Positions 1-8,483 of a stretch of DNA of 64,000 bases are shown in pieces. Each line of letters begins with the position of its first letter. The stretch's first letter is position 1. The position numbers and the translations under genes were made by a program. The notes beneath the pieces are model-generated. The model made no database searches and was not told the origin of the DNA. It saw only the letters and a program-made list of their open reading frames with translations. This stretch comes from Candidatus Tepidifontimicrobium thermophilum (lineage in GTDB: Bacteria; Sysuimicrobiota; Sysuimicrobiia; Sysuimicrobiales; Sysuimicrobiaceae). The DNA is taken from the NCBI GenBank assembly GCA_031459915.1, contig JAVKHO010000004.1, positions 1 to 64,000 on the forward strand. The letters run 5' to 3'.

Positions 1-1
1 T

Positions 2-124
2 CTGCTGGACGTGCACCGCCCCGACGACCTCACCTGGCAGACCCGGCCTGCTCCTCCGCCCGCGACCGTGCGGCCCACGCCCCACAGAACCTTGCCCAGC
101 ACCCCGCCGCAGGCGCCCACCTGA
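2..124 (+). CDS. Possible 3' end of a gene entering the window (…LLDVHRPDDLTWQTRPAPPP…APT*)
   Basis: Frame open from the window edge to TGA at 122-124; too short to identify. Confidence 0.3.
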   Translation: MLDVHRPDDLTWQTRPAPPPATVRPTPHRTLPSTPPQAPT

Positions 125-277
125 AGCTCCCTGGGCGAGGCGCTTCCCTGGGTCCCGGTAACCCCTTGCGAGGGTGCCAGGGCCAGGCCGCCAAACGCCC
201 TCCCCGCGGGCGCTCTCGCTGCCAGGGTGTGGCCTGTACGTCCTGGACCTCACTCCTCGTCCCCGGCCCCGTCCCTC

Positions 278-373
278 GGTCCCCTGGGATTGTCCCCTGG
301 TCGTGGCCCCTGTCCCACGGGACCTGTCCCCTGGGCCCTGTCCCCTGGGCTCTGTCCCCAGGGCTCTGTCCCT
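278..373. repeat. Tandem ~14-bp GC-rich repeat (consensus CTGTCCCCTGGGCY), 4.5 regular units plus 2 degenerate upstream units
   Basis: ctgtcccacgggac 310-323, ctgtcccctgggcc 324-337, ctgtcccctgggct 338-351, ctgtccccagggct 352-365, ctgtccct 366-373; degenerate copies at 278-300. Confidence 0.85.
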
Positions 374-566
374 CTGTCCTGGCGGCTGTACAGGCCCCGG
401 TGCCCGCAACCGGGCCAAGTACCTGCTGGAAGCGACGGGATGCGGGCGACGCAAGCGTTCCTCGCTCGTTCCCGGCTGCCCCACGACCCGCGGGGCCGGC
501 CTTAGCGGGCGGGCACTCCCTGGACCACACCGGTAACGCGGACGTGACCGCGGGTCGGGCTGCCGT

Positions 567-1295
567 TCATCCGGCCACCACAGGGTTGGAAAGCGTGCCG
601 ATTCCCTCCACGGTGATCTCCACCACGTCGCCCGGACGCACCGGCCCCACCCCGGGAGGCGTGCCGGTGGCGATGACGTCCCCGGGCTCCAGGGTCATGT
701 ACCGGGACGCCTCCGCCACCAGGTGGAAGACGTCGAAGATCATGTAGCGCGTCCAGGAGTCCTGGCGCACCTCGCCGTTCACCCGGGTGGTGATCCGCAG
801 GTCGCGAGGGTCGGCCTCCGTTTCCACCCAGGGGCCGTAGGGGGCCGACCCGTCGAAGGCCTTCGCCCGCACCCACTGCTTTTCCACCTTCTGCACGTCC
901 CGGGCGGTTACGTCGTTTAGAATCGAGTATCCGAGGATCACCCCTCTGGCGTCCTCCGGACGGATGTTACGGCACCGCCGACCGATCACCACCGCCAGCT
1001 CTCCCTCGTAGTCCAGCTGTCGGGTGTGCGACGGGTAAACCACGGGCTGCCCGTGGGCCACCAGGGCGCTGGGGGGCTTGAGGAAGAACAACGGCTCTTT
1101 GGGGAGTTCCACCTCCAGCTCGTGCGCGTGGTCCCGGTAGTTGAACCCCACGCAGATCACCTTGGTGGGCTGCGTGGGGGGCAGCCACTCGGCCTCGTAG
1201 ACAGGAACCCGACGCCCCGACGCCAGGACCACCTCCTCCCCCTCCACCCGGGCCTCCTCAGCTCGTCCATCTCGTAAGACGCGCGCCAGCCGCAT
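567..1295 (-). CDS. Fumarylacetoacetate hydrolase (FAH) family protein
   Basis: KVICVGFNY, FFLKP, DYEGELAVVIG, NDVTARD, KAFD, GDVIATGTPPGVG motifs; GGAGG RBS. Confidence 0.92.
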   Translation of the reverse strand: MRLARVLRDGRAEEARVEGEEVVLASGRRVPVYEAEWLPPTQPTKVICVGFNYRDHAHELEVELPKEPLFFLKPPSALVAHGQPVVYPSHTRQLDYEGELAVVIGRRCRNIRPEDARGVILGYSILNDVTARDVQKVEKQWVRAKAFDGSAPYGPWVETEADPRDLRITTRVNGEVRQDSWTRYMIFDVFHLVAEASRYMTLEPGDVIATGTPPGVGPVRPGDVVEITVEGIGTLSNPVVAG

Positions 1296-1317
1296 GACAC
1301 CTCCTCCGTCGAAGGGA

Positions 1318-2028
1318 TCAGATCTGGATTCCGTACACGCCGAACAGGTTCTCCCGCACCCGGACCAGGTGCGCCCGCATGCGCTCCTGGGCCTCGGCCG
1401 CCTCCCGCGCCCGCAGCGCCCCCAGGATGCCCTCGTGATCCTCCACGTACGCCTCGCGACGCCCCGGAGTCGCGAGGTCCTTCCGCTTCAGTTCACCCCA
1501 CGTGGCTTCGTCCCGAATCCCCTGCAGCAGGCGGGAGAAGAAAGCCAGGGGCTGGTTGCCCGCGCAGTCGGCCAAGCGTACGTGGAACTCCCGGTCCCAC
1601 CGCTCGAAAGCGGCCAGGGTGCGCGCCGACCTCCCCCCGGTCACGCACTCCTCCAGGCGCTCCCAGTCCCTGGGGGTGGACCGCACCGCGGCGAACCCGG
1701 CCAAGACGGGTTCCACCGACAGGCGTGCCTCCAGGATCTCCTGCGGATTCGCAAACCGGGCCAGGTCCGGCAGGGCAGCTCTCAGGGGCACGGGCAGAGG
1801 GTTCAGTAGCCGGGTCCCGCGCCGAGGCGCCGCCTCCAGCACGCCCAGAGATCGCAGCAGCCGCAGGGCCTCCCGGAGGGTGGCCCGGCTGGTGTCCAGC
1901 TGGGCTGCCAGCTCCCGCTCGGGCGGCAGACGGCCTTCAGGCAGCCGCCCCTCCTCCACGAGGCGCTCCAGGCGCTCCAGCACGGCCTCCACCGCCGGGG
2001 TGCGCTGCCGGAGATTTGGCCTGATCAT
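1318..2028 (-). CDS. GntR family, FadR subfamily (FCD) transcriptional regulator
   Basis: RLPPERELAAQLDTSRATLREAL HTH; DREFH and DHEGI in the FCD domain. Confidence 0.92.
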   Translation of the reverse strand: MIRPNLRQRTPAVEAVLERLERLVEEGRLPEGRLPPERELAAQLDTSRATLREALRLLRSLGVLEAAPRRGTRLLNPLPVPLRAALPDLARFANPQEILEARLSVEPVLAGFAAVRSTPRDWERLEECVTGGRSARTLAAFERWDREFHVRLADCAGNQPLAFFSRLLQGIRDEATWGELKRKDLATPGRREAYVEDHEGILGALRAREAAEAQERMRAHLVRVRENLFGVYGIQI

Positions 2029-2039
2029 AATCCGCTTCT

Positions 2040-2067
2040 AGCCTAACGGCACCGTCCGATCCGTCAA
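2040..2067 (-). promoter_or_regulatory. Putative sigma70 promoter of the FadR-FAH unit (TTGACG-16-TAGGCT)
   Basis: -35 at 2067-2062, -10 at 2045-2040, just upstream of ATG 2028. Confidence 0.55.
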
Positions 2068-2106
2068 GGCAGGAGGCCAGAAAGCTGGGCTGGATGGTCG
2101 TCTGCC

Positions 2107-2135
2107 TTGACGACGCTGGAGAGGGTCCGTACAAT
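2107..2135 (+). promoter_or_regulatory. Putative sigma70 promoter of the TTT operon (TTGACG-17-TACAAT)
   Basis: Near-consensus -35 (2107-2112) and -10 (2130-2135), 17-nt spacer. Confidence 0.75.
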
Positions 2136-2174
2136 CGCCACGCAGATTCCGTCCGACCAAAAGGGGGGAGGGCC

Positions 2175-3248
2175 GTGTGGCGAGCGGCGGCGGGCTTGCT
2201 GGTGGTGGTTTTCCTGGGCGCCCAGGCGACCTGGGCCCAGGCGCCTTACTACGCGGGCAAGGCCATTGAGGTAATCGTCCCGTTCGCGCCAGGTGGGGCT
2301 GCGGACGTGGGGGCGCGGTTCGTAGCGCCGTTTTTGGAAAAGCACGTGGCCGGTAGCCCGCGCGTCACCGTACGCAACGTACCGGGCGGGGGGTCCATGC
2401 TGGGCGCTTCCTACTTCGCGGCCAACGCCAAGCCCGACGGGCTCATGTTGATGTGCACCACCTCCTCCACGGTCTTCCCCTGGATGTTCGGGCACCCTTC
2501 CGCCCGCTACGACCTTGGGAGGATGCGGGTTGCCATGACGCTGGCCTTCGGGCCCGTGGTCTACGTCTCGCCCAGGACCGGGGTCCGTAAGCCTGCGGAC
2601 CTGCTGAAGCCGGCGGAGCCCCTCGTTTACGGAGGCATCGCAGCCACAGGGAGCGACCTCCCCGTGCTGATCGCCTTCGAGCTGCTGCGCCTGCCCGTGA
2701 GGGTGGTCCTGGGCTTTGAGGGGCGGGGCCCTATTCGCCTGGCCTTCGAGCGGGGCGAGACCAACCTGGACTTCCAGTTCACCCCCGTCTACCTGACGCA
2801 GGTGGTACCTCTGGTGAAGGACGGCAAGGCGATCCCCCTCTTCACCGGTGGCGCTCCGAACCCGCGGGGCGAGCTGGTTCTGCGCGACCCCGTGGTACCG
2901 GACCTGCCGTCGGTGTTTGAGGTGTACCGAGAGCTGTACAACGCCCGGCCCGCAGGGCCCCGGTGGCGCGCCTACGAGGCAGCCGCAGCCCTGACCTTCA
3001 GCTATGGGCTCACCTGGTGGGCACCGGAGGGGACACCTGAGGCGGCCCTGCGGGCCCTGTACGAAGCGGTGGACCGGATCGTGGCCGATCCGGAGTTCCG
3101 CGAGCGGGCCAAGACGGTCACCGGAGGCTACCCGCTCCGGCGGGGGGACCAGGTGGAAGGCGGGGTCCGCAAGGCCATGAGGCCGACTTTGGAAGTGAAG
3201 AAGTGGATCGCGGACCTACTGCGGGACAAGTACAACGTGCGTTTCTAG
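2175..3248 (+). CDS. Tripartite tricarboxylate transporter substrate-binding protein (TctC/Bug family)
   Basis: Signal peptide; IVPFAPGGAADVGAR, NVPGGGS and KPDG motifs; start moved to GTG 2175 after a GGGGAGG RBS. Confidence 0.88.
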   Translation: MWRAAAGLLVVVFLGAQATWAQAPYYAGKAIEVIVPFAPGGAADVGARFVAPFLEKHVAGSPRVTVRNVPGGGSMLGASYFAANAKPDGLMLMCTTSSTVFPWMFGHPSARYDLGRMRVAMTLAFGPVVYVSPRTGVRKPADLLKPAEPLVYGGIAATGSDLPVLIAFELLRLPVRVVLGFEGRGPIRLAFERGETNLDFQFTPVYLTQVVPLVKDGKAIPLFTGGAPNPRGELVLRDPVVPDLPSVFEVYRELYNARPAGPRWRAYEAAAALTFSYGLTWWAPEGTPEAALRALYEAVDRIVADPEFRERAKTVTGGYPLRRGDQVEGGVRKAMRPTLEVKKWIADLLRDKYNVRF

Positions 3249-3302
3249 GGAGGCTGGCCGCGCAGTCCATGCGCGGCCTCGGACCCGACCGCCACGCCGC
3301 CC

Positions 3303-5273
3303 ATGGGTGAGGCCGCACTCTCCGCGCTTGCCACCTTCCTCGACCCGCTGCGGCTCGGCCTGCTGATGGTGGGGGTTCTGGCCGGACTCGCGGTGGGCAT
3401 CCTGCCCGGGCTCGGCGGGATCGTGGCGGTGTCCGTCCTGCTTCCCCTCATCTTCCGACTCGATGCGGCGACGGCCCTGGCCACCCTGTCGGGTGCGCTG
3501 GCGGTGGTGTACACGGGCGACGTGATCACCTCCGTCCTGGTGGGTACCCCCGGTTCCCCCGCAGCCGCACCCACCGCCCTGGAGGGCCACGCCTTGGCCC
3601 GACAGGGCCAGGCGGCGCGGGCCCTCTCCGCGGCCTTTCTCTCGTCCCTGATCGGCGGGTTCCTCGGGATTGTGGGCCTGACCCTGGCCATCCCGGTCGC
3701 CCGGCCGCTCGTCATGCTGCTGGGCTCCCCCGAGCTGTTCATGTTCACCGCCCTCGGGGTAGCGTACGCGGGCAGCCTGCTGGGCCGCTCTCCTCTCAAA
3801 GGCCTGCTCTCGGGACTCCTCGGGCTGCTCCTGGGTCTGGTCGGGCCCGCGCCCGCCGCTGCCGAGTTCCGCTACACCTTCGGCCAGCTGTACCTGCTGG
3901 ACGGCCTGTCCCTCGTGGTGCTGGCCCTAGGGGTGTTCGGCGTGGCGGAGGTAGTCTCCCTCCAGGCCCGCGGGGGAGCCATCGCGCGACAGGCGGGTCT
4001 CGGAGGCGGGTGGGTGGAGGGAATCCGCGATGTGTTCACGCACCGGTGGCTGGTCCTCCGCGGCGCCCTCATCGGTGTGTGGGCCGGGGTGCTGCCCGCC
4101 ATCGGCGCCACCGCGGCCGCGTGGATGTCTTACGGGCACGCGGTGGCCACCACCCGCGACCGGGAACGCTTCGGTCGCGGAGACATCCGGGGGGTAATCG
4201 CGCCTGAAAGCGCGAACAACGCCGCCGCGGCCGGAGACCTGATCCCCACGCTGCTGTTCAGCGTGCCCGGAGGGCCGGCGGCCGCGGTGATCCTGGGAGC
4301 GCTGTACGCGTACGGCATCTACCCCGGTCCGCGCCTCGTGCAGGACCACCTCGACCTCGTCTACGTGGTGGTTTGGTCCTTCGCCCTCGCGAACATCCTT
4401 GGGGCGGCCTTGAGTTTCCTGATGAGCCCCGCCATCGCACGCATCACCCACATCCCCTTCGCGTGGGTCGCGGCGCCCCTGCTGGTCACCATGGCTCTGG
4501 GCGCGTTCCAGTCCACCCGGCATCCCGGGGATCTTTTGGCCCTGTTCGTCCTCGGGTTGCTCGGATGGGCCATGAAGCGGTCGGGCTGGCCGAGGGCTCC
4601 CCTGCTCATCGGGTTCGTGCTGGCGAAACCCATGGAGCGGTACCTGTGGCTCACCGTGAAGCTGCACGGCTGGCGCTGGCTGGGCTACCCGGGCGTGCTG
4701 GCCATCGGCGCGCTGATGGCTGCACCCGCCTTCCTCGCCCTCGTCCGGTGGTGGCGGCGAAAGAGCTCGCCCTCCACCTCGGGAGAAGCCCAACACCGCC
4801 CGGCGGCGGTCTCCGGCACGGGGACGCAACGGATCGTTCCCGCGGTCATGGCGGCCACCGCCTTCCTGATCTTCGGGGTGGGAGTGACCCAGGGGTTCGG
4901 GTTCCAGTCCGACGCGCGGCTGGTCCCCTTGCTGGCTGCCATCCCGGGACTGCTGCTGGCCGTCGTGCAGTTCGTGCGTACGGTGCGCGGCGAGCCTCTC
5001 ACGGCCGCAGACGACGAGGGAGCGGACGAGTCCGGTGCCGCGGACCCCCGCCGTGAGCTGACACAGTTCCTGCTGGTGGCGGGCTACCTACTGTCGGTCT
5101 GGCTGGTGGGGTTCCACGCGGCGTCCTTCGTCTTCGTAGCGGCGTTTTTGTGGCGCGCAGGGCACCTACGGCCGCCGGCAGCCCTGGCGTACGGGGTCGC
5201 CGCCGTGGCCTTCCTCCAGCTGTTGGGCACAGGGTTCGACCTGCGCTGGCCTGCGGGCGTCCTGGTGCGCTGA
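3303..5273 (+). CDS. TTT permease TctA with a fused C-terminal TctB-like 4-TM domain
   Basis: GILPGLG, GTPGSPAAAPTALEG, GVIAPESANNA (TctA signature); extra ~150-aa hydrophobic C-terminus ending in LRWPAG. Confidence 0.85.
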   Translation: MGEAALSALATFLDPLRLGLLMVGVLAGLAVGILPGLGGIVAVSVLLPLIFRLDAATALATLSGALAVVYTGDVITSVLVGTPGSPAAAPTALEGHALARQGQAARALSAAFLSSLIGGFLGIVGLTLAIPVARPLVMLLGSPELFMFTALGVAYAGSLLGRSPLKGLLSGLLGLLLGLVGPAPAAAEFRYTFGQLYLLDGLSLVVLALGVFGVAEVVSLQARGGAIARQAGLGGGWVEGIRDVFTHRWLVLRGALIGVWAGVLPAIGATAAAWMSYGHAVATTRDRERFGRGDIRGVIAPESANNAAAAGDLIPTLLFSVPGGPAAAVILGALYAYGIYPGPRLVQDHLDLVYVVVWSFALANILGAALSFLMSPAIARITHIPFAWVAAPLLVTMALGAFQSTRHPGDLLALFVLGLLGWAMKRSGWPRAPLLIGFVLAKPMERYLWLTVKLHGWRWLGYPGVLAIGALMAAPAFLALVRWWRRKSSPSTSGEAQHRPAAVSGTGTQRIVPAVMAATAFLIFGVGVTQGFGFQSDARLVPLLAAIPGLLLAVVQFVRTVRGEPLTAADDEGADESGAADPRRELTQFLLVAGYLLSVWLVGFHAASFVFVAAFLWRAGHLRPPAALAYGVAAVAFLQLLGTGFDLRWPAGVLVR

Positions 5274-5326
5274 CCCCGGGGCCGGTACGCTACAATCCGG
5301 CTGGGGACCTGGAAGGAGGGGTGTCG

Positions 5327-5896
5327 GTGTCGGTACGGATCGACCTGCTCCGACCCGTCACGGACGAGGACCTGCTCAAGCTTTCGGAGCGCAACCCCGG
5401 ATACCAGTTCGAGCGCACCGCGGACGGGAGGTTGGTGGTGAGCCCCACGGGGATGGAGGGAGGACGGCGCAGCGCAGAGGTGGTCGGACAGCTCCGGGAG
5501 TGGAACACGCGCACCGGCCGCGGCGTGGTGTTCGACTCCTCCGCCGGCTTCCGCCTGCCGGACGGTTCCCTGTTGTCTCCAGACGCCGCGTGGGCCTCGC
5601 GGGAGCGGTGGCGGGCCCTTTCCTCCGAACAGCGCGAGACGTTCGGACCCTTCTGCCCGGACGTGGTGTTCGAGCTGCGATCCTCCACGCAGACCCCGGA
5701 TGAGCTGCGGGAGAAGCTGCGCGTGTACCTCAAGAACGGGGCGCGGGTTGCGGTCCTGGTCGATCCGTACGCCCGAGCGGTGGAGGTGTACCGGCCCGGA
5801 CGTGCGCCGGAGGTGCACCGTGACCCCCAGCGCGTCTCGCTGGACCCGGAGCTCCCCGGGTTCGAGCTGGACCTCCGGCCGGTGTTCGAGGCCTGA
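5327..5896 (+). CDS. Uma2 family (PD-(D/E)XK-like) endonuclease
   Basis: VFDSSAGFRLPDG, SPDAAW, PFCPDVVFELRS, YLKNGAR, LVDP; GGAGG RBS at 5315. Confidence 0.9.
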   Translation: MSVRIDLLRPVTDEDLLKLSERNPGYQFERTADGRLVVSPTGMEGGRRSAEVVGQLREWNTRTGRGVVFDSSAGFRLPDGSLLSPDAAWASRERWRALSSEQRETFGPFCPDVVFELRSSTQTPDELREKLRVYLKNGARVAVLVDPYARAVEVYRPGRAPEVHRDPQRVSLDPELPGFELDLRPVFEA

Positions 5897-5898
5897 CG

Positions 5899-6723
5899 GT
5901 GGGGCCCTCCGGATCGGAACTGACCCGGCGTATCCGCCGCGCGAGGCCCCCGCACGGGATCTCTCTGTTCTGGCTGGGCCAGTCGTCGTGGGCTGCGGTG
6001 CTGGACACGGGCCGGGTGATCTACCTCGACCCCTACCTGTCCAACTCCCTCTCCCGGACCCACGGGTGGGACCGCCTCCTGCCCGTTCCTTTCCAGCCGG
6101 AGGAGGCGGACTGCGACCTGGTGCTCATCACCCACGGGCACCCTGACCACCTGGACCCCGACACCGTCCCCGGCCTCGCCCGGGCCACCGCCGCGCGCTT
6201 CGTCATCCCCTCGGCGTACGCTCCCCGTCTGGAGGAGCTCGGCGTGGACCCCGCCCGCATCGTTCCCTTGGACCGCGGGCAGTCCACCGACGTGGAAGGG
6301 GTGCACGTGGAGGCGGTACCAGCCTTTCACCAACACCCGCGCAACCCGCAGCCCCACGCGGTGGGCTACGTGATCCGTCACGGGCCGGTGTCCGTGTACC
6401 ACGCAGGGGACACCGCCTACACCCTCGAAGTGCGCGACGCGGTGGCCGCCGCGGCGCCGGTGACGGTGGCGCTGCTGCCCATCAACGGTCTGCGGTGCTG
6501 TCTCACCGCAGAGGACGCGGTGTTCCTGGCCGCGGATGCGGGCGCGCAGGCGCTCGTGCCGATGCACTACGGCATGTTCGCGGAGAACACCGCGGACCCT
6601 TACCAGGTGGCCGTCCACGCCCGCCGCCTGGGCGTGGACGTCCGCGTCCTGGTCGTCCCCTTCCTGGGCGGGCTGGCGGCCACTGGCGAGGACGTGCGCG
6701 GCCCCCTGTCCCTGGTGGACTGA
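5899..6723 (+). CDS. MBL-fold metallo-hydrolase (UlaG-like / Lactamase_B_2)
   Basis: WLGQS, THGHPDHLD, YHAGDT, LLPING, PMHYGMF. Confidence 0.88.
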   Translation: MGPSGSELTRRIRRARPPHGISLFWLGQSSWAAVLDTGRVIYLDPYLSNSLSRTHGWDRLLPVPFQPEEADCDLVLITHGHPDHLDPDTVPGLARATAARFVIPSAYAPRLEELGVDPARIVPLDRGQSTDVEGVHVEAVPAFHQHPRNPQPHAVGYVIRHGPVSVYHAGDTAYTLEVRDAVAAAAPVTVALLPINGLRCCLTAEDAVFLAADAGAQALVPMHYGMFAENTADPYQVAVHARRLGVDVRVLVVPFLGGLAATGEDVRGPLSLVD

Positions 6724-6727
6724 GCCC

Positions 6728-8479
6728 TCAGTCCCTGGGGACCACCGGGAGCAACAGGTACGAGGGCGTGGGGCCGCCTCCGTAGACCCGCACGCGGCCT
6801 CCGTACACCTCGGGCCTCCGGTCCCAGGGGTCGTTGTGCAGGAACGGACCGGAGCCCCGGAAGGCCTGCCAGGGCCCCACCCCGCTCACCTCGTCCGGAC
6901 GCTCGAAGTCGTGGCCCTGCACCGTGAGAGTCAGGGTGTAGCCCGGAGGGACCACGATGGAGGTGGGCCAGATCTCCACGTCCACCTCGTACACCTCGTG
7001 CGGCCGGAGCGGCTGGAGCTCGTCGTGGGTGTGGTAGGGCCGGTACGGCAGGCTGCGCTCGGGATCCAGCTTGCGGTGCGAGGCCCGCAGCCAGCCCTGC
7101 GCGATGGGCGCGCGCGGGTCCAGGGCACCCTGGAAGGTGACCTCCCGCCCCTCGGGATCGAACAGGCGGACCACCAGGAACAGGTCCGCGTCGCCGGTGC
7201 TCGAAGAGACATACAACTTCGCGGCCAGGGGTCCGGTGATCTCCGTCTCCTCGCGGAACGGCGGCGTGCGGAAAGTGACCCCATCCCGCAGGGCCGTGTA
7301 CTCCCGCAGGCCCTGACGGACGGGCGGCTCCGGGTCCAGGGTCCCCGCGGAAGGGTTCAGGTACAGTTTGGTCCACCGGGTGCGTGCCAGGGGCCACTCG
7401 TGCTCCCGCCGGAACTCGAACCCGTCCACGCGTCGGACGTTCAACAGCACCCGGGCCTCCCGGTCCCAGCCGTTGTCCTCCCCCTTCAGGAAGTGCGCGA
7501 AGAAGCGCTTCTGCAGCTCGAGCCCGTAGTTCGTGTAGTAGTGGGTCCAGTGCTCCAAGCCGTGGATCTCGAGCCACTTCTGCCTCGAAGCGGCCTGCAC
7601 GAAGGCCTCCACGTTACCCCTCAGATGCAGTCCGTGGCCGCCCCAGTTGCCCGCGGACAGGAACGGGACCTCGACCCGCGACCAGTCCGCGGACCGCACC
7701 CGGTACCAGTCGTCCAGAAGCTCCCGGTTCCGGGCTTCCTGGAAGGGATCCGTGCGGTTGCGCGCGAGCTCGTCGTCCGGCAGGGTCTCCGGTCCCGCCA
7801 CCAGCAGGCCCGTGACGGGGTCCACGTACCCCCGGGCCCCGTAGCCGTGCTGCAGGGGGTGGACCTGGCCGCGGTACCAGGAGTCGGTGAAGGTGCAGAG
7901 GATCCCACCGTGCCGGTGCCAGTCGCGGTAGCTGTCCGCGGCGCCTTCCCACGCGCACATGGCCGCCAGGTGCGGCGGCTTCATCCCGGCCACCAGCCAC
8001 TGGTTGATGGCGTAATAGGAGATCCCGGAAAGCCCCACCTTCCCGTTGCTCCAGGGCTGTTGCGCAGCCCACTCGATGCAGGCGTACATGTCCTGCATCT
8101 CCCGGGGTGAAAAGATGTCCAGCACCCCGGGGGACCGGCCCGCGCCCCGGGAGTCCACCCGTACGCACACGTACCCGTCCGGCACCCACTTCTCCGGGTC
8201 CGGGACCTCCCAGTTCTGGTAGCGGCAGGTGGAACCCTCCGCCACCTCCGGGAAGTTGCGAACCATGATCCGCCACTGGTGCCGGTACCCGATCTGGAAA
8301 GGCAGGTTCTTGCCGTACGGCCCGTGAGTGAGCAGGACGGGGTACCGCCCCTCCCGGTTCGGCCGGTACACGTCCGCCCGCAGCACCACCCCGTCGTCCA
8401 TGGGGATCGGGACGTCGTACTCGATCACCATACCGTCCGCTTCCACCACTCTGTGCAGAGGGTCCTTCATCCGCACCAC
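6728..8479 (-). CDS. CocE/NonD family serine hydrolase (peptidase S15-like)
   Basis: IPMDDGVVLRADVYRP, DSRGAGRS, nucleophile elbow GLSGISYY, C-terminal jelly-roll with GWLRASHR. Confidence 0.93.
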   Translation of the reverse strand: MVRMKDPLHRVVEADGMVIEYDVPIPMDDGVVLRADVYRPNREGRYPVLLTHGPYGKNLPFQIGYRHQWRIMVRNFPEVAEGSTCRYQNWEVPDPEKWVPDGYVCVRVDSRGAGRSPGVLDIFSPREMQDMYACIEWAAQQPWSNGKVGLSGISYYAINQWLVAGMKPPHLAAMCAWEGAADSYRDWHRHGGILCTFTDSWYRGQVHPLQHGYGARGYVDPVTGLLVAGPETLPDDELARNRTDPFQEARNRELLDDWYRVRSADWSRVEVPFLSAGNWGGHGLHLRGNVEAFVQAASRQKWLEIHGLEHWTHYYTNYGLELQKRFFAHFLKGEDNGWDREARVLLNVRRVDGFEFRREHEWPLARTRWTKLYLNPSAGTLDPEPPVRQGLREYTALRDGVTFRTPPFREETEITGPLAAKLYVSSSTGDADLFLVVRLFDPEGREVTFQGALDPRAPIAQGWLRASHRKLDPERSLPYRPYHTHDELQPLRPHEVYEVDVEIWPTSIVVPPGYTLTLTVQGHDFERPDEVSGVGPWQAFRGSGPFLHNDPWDRRPEVYGGRVRVYGGGPTPSYLLLPVVPRD

Positions 8480-8483
8480 CTCC

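Noticed and set aside
278..373. Repeat tract as a CRISPR array
   Set aside because: Units are 14 bp and contiguous, with no unique spacers and no cas genes.
484..557. 10-bp inverted repeat (cgacccgcgg / ccgcgggtcg) as IS ends or an ncRNA stem
   Set aside because: Short, almost all GC and plausible by chance; no transposase or recognisable RNA family.
5327..6723. Uma2 nuclease plus MBL hydrolase as an anti-phage system
   Set aside because: Uma2 genes are commonly scattered singletons, the MBL looks metabolic (UlaG-like), and no other defence genes are nearby.
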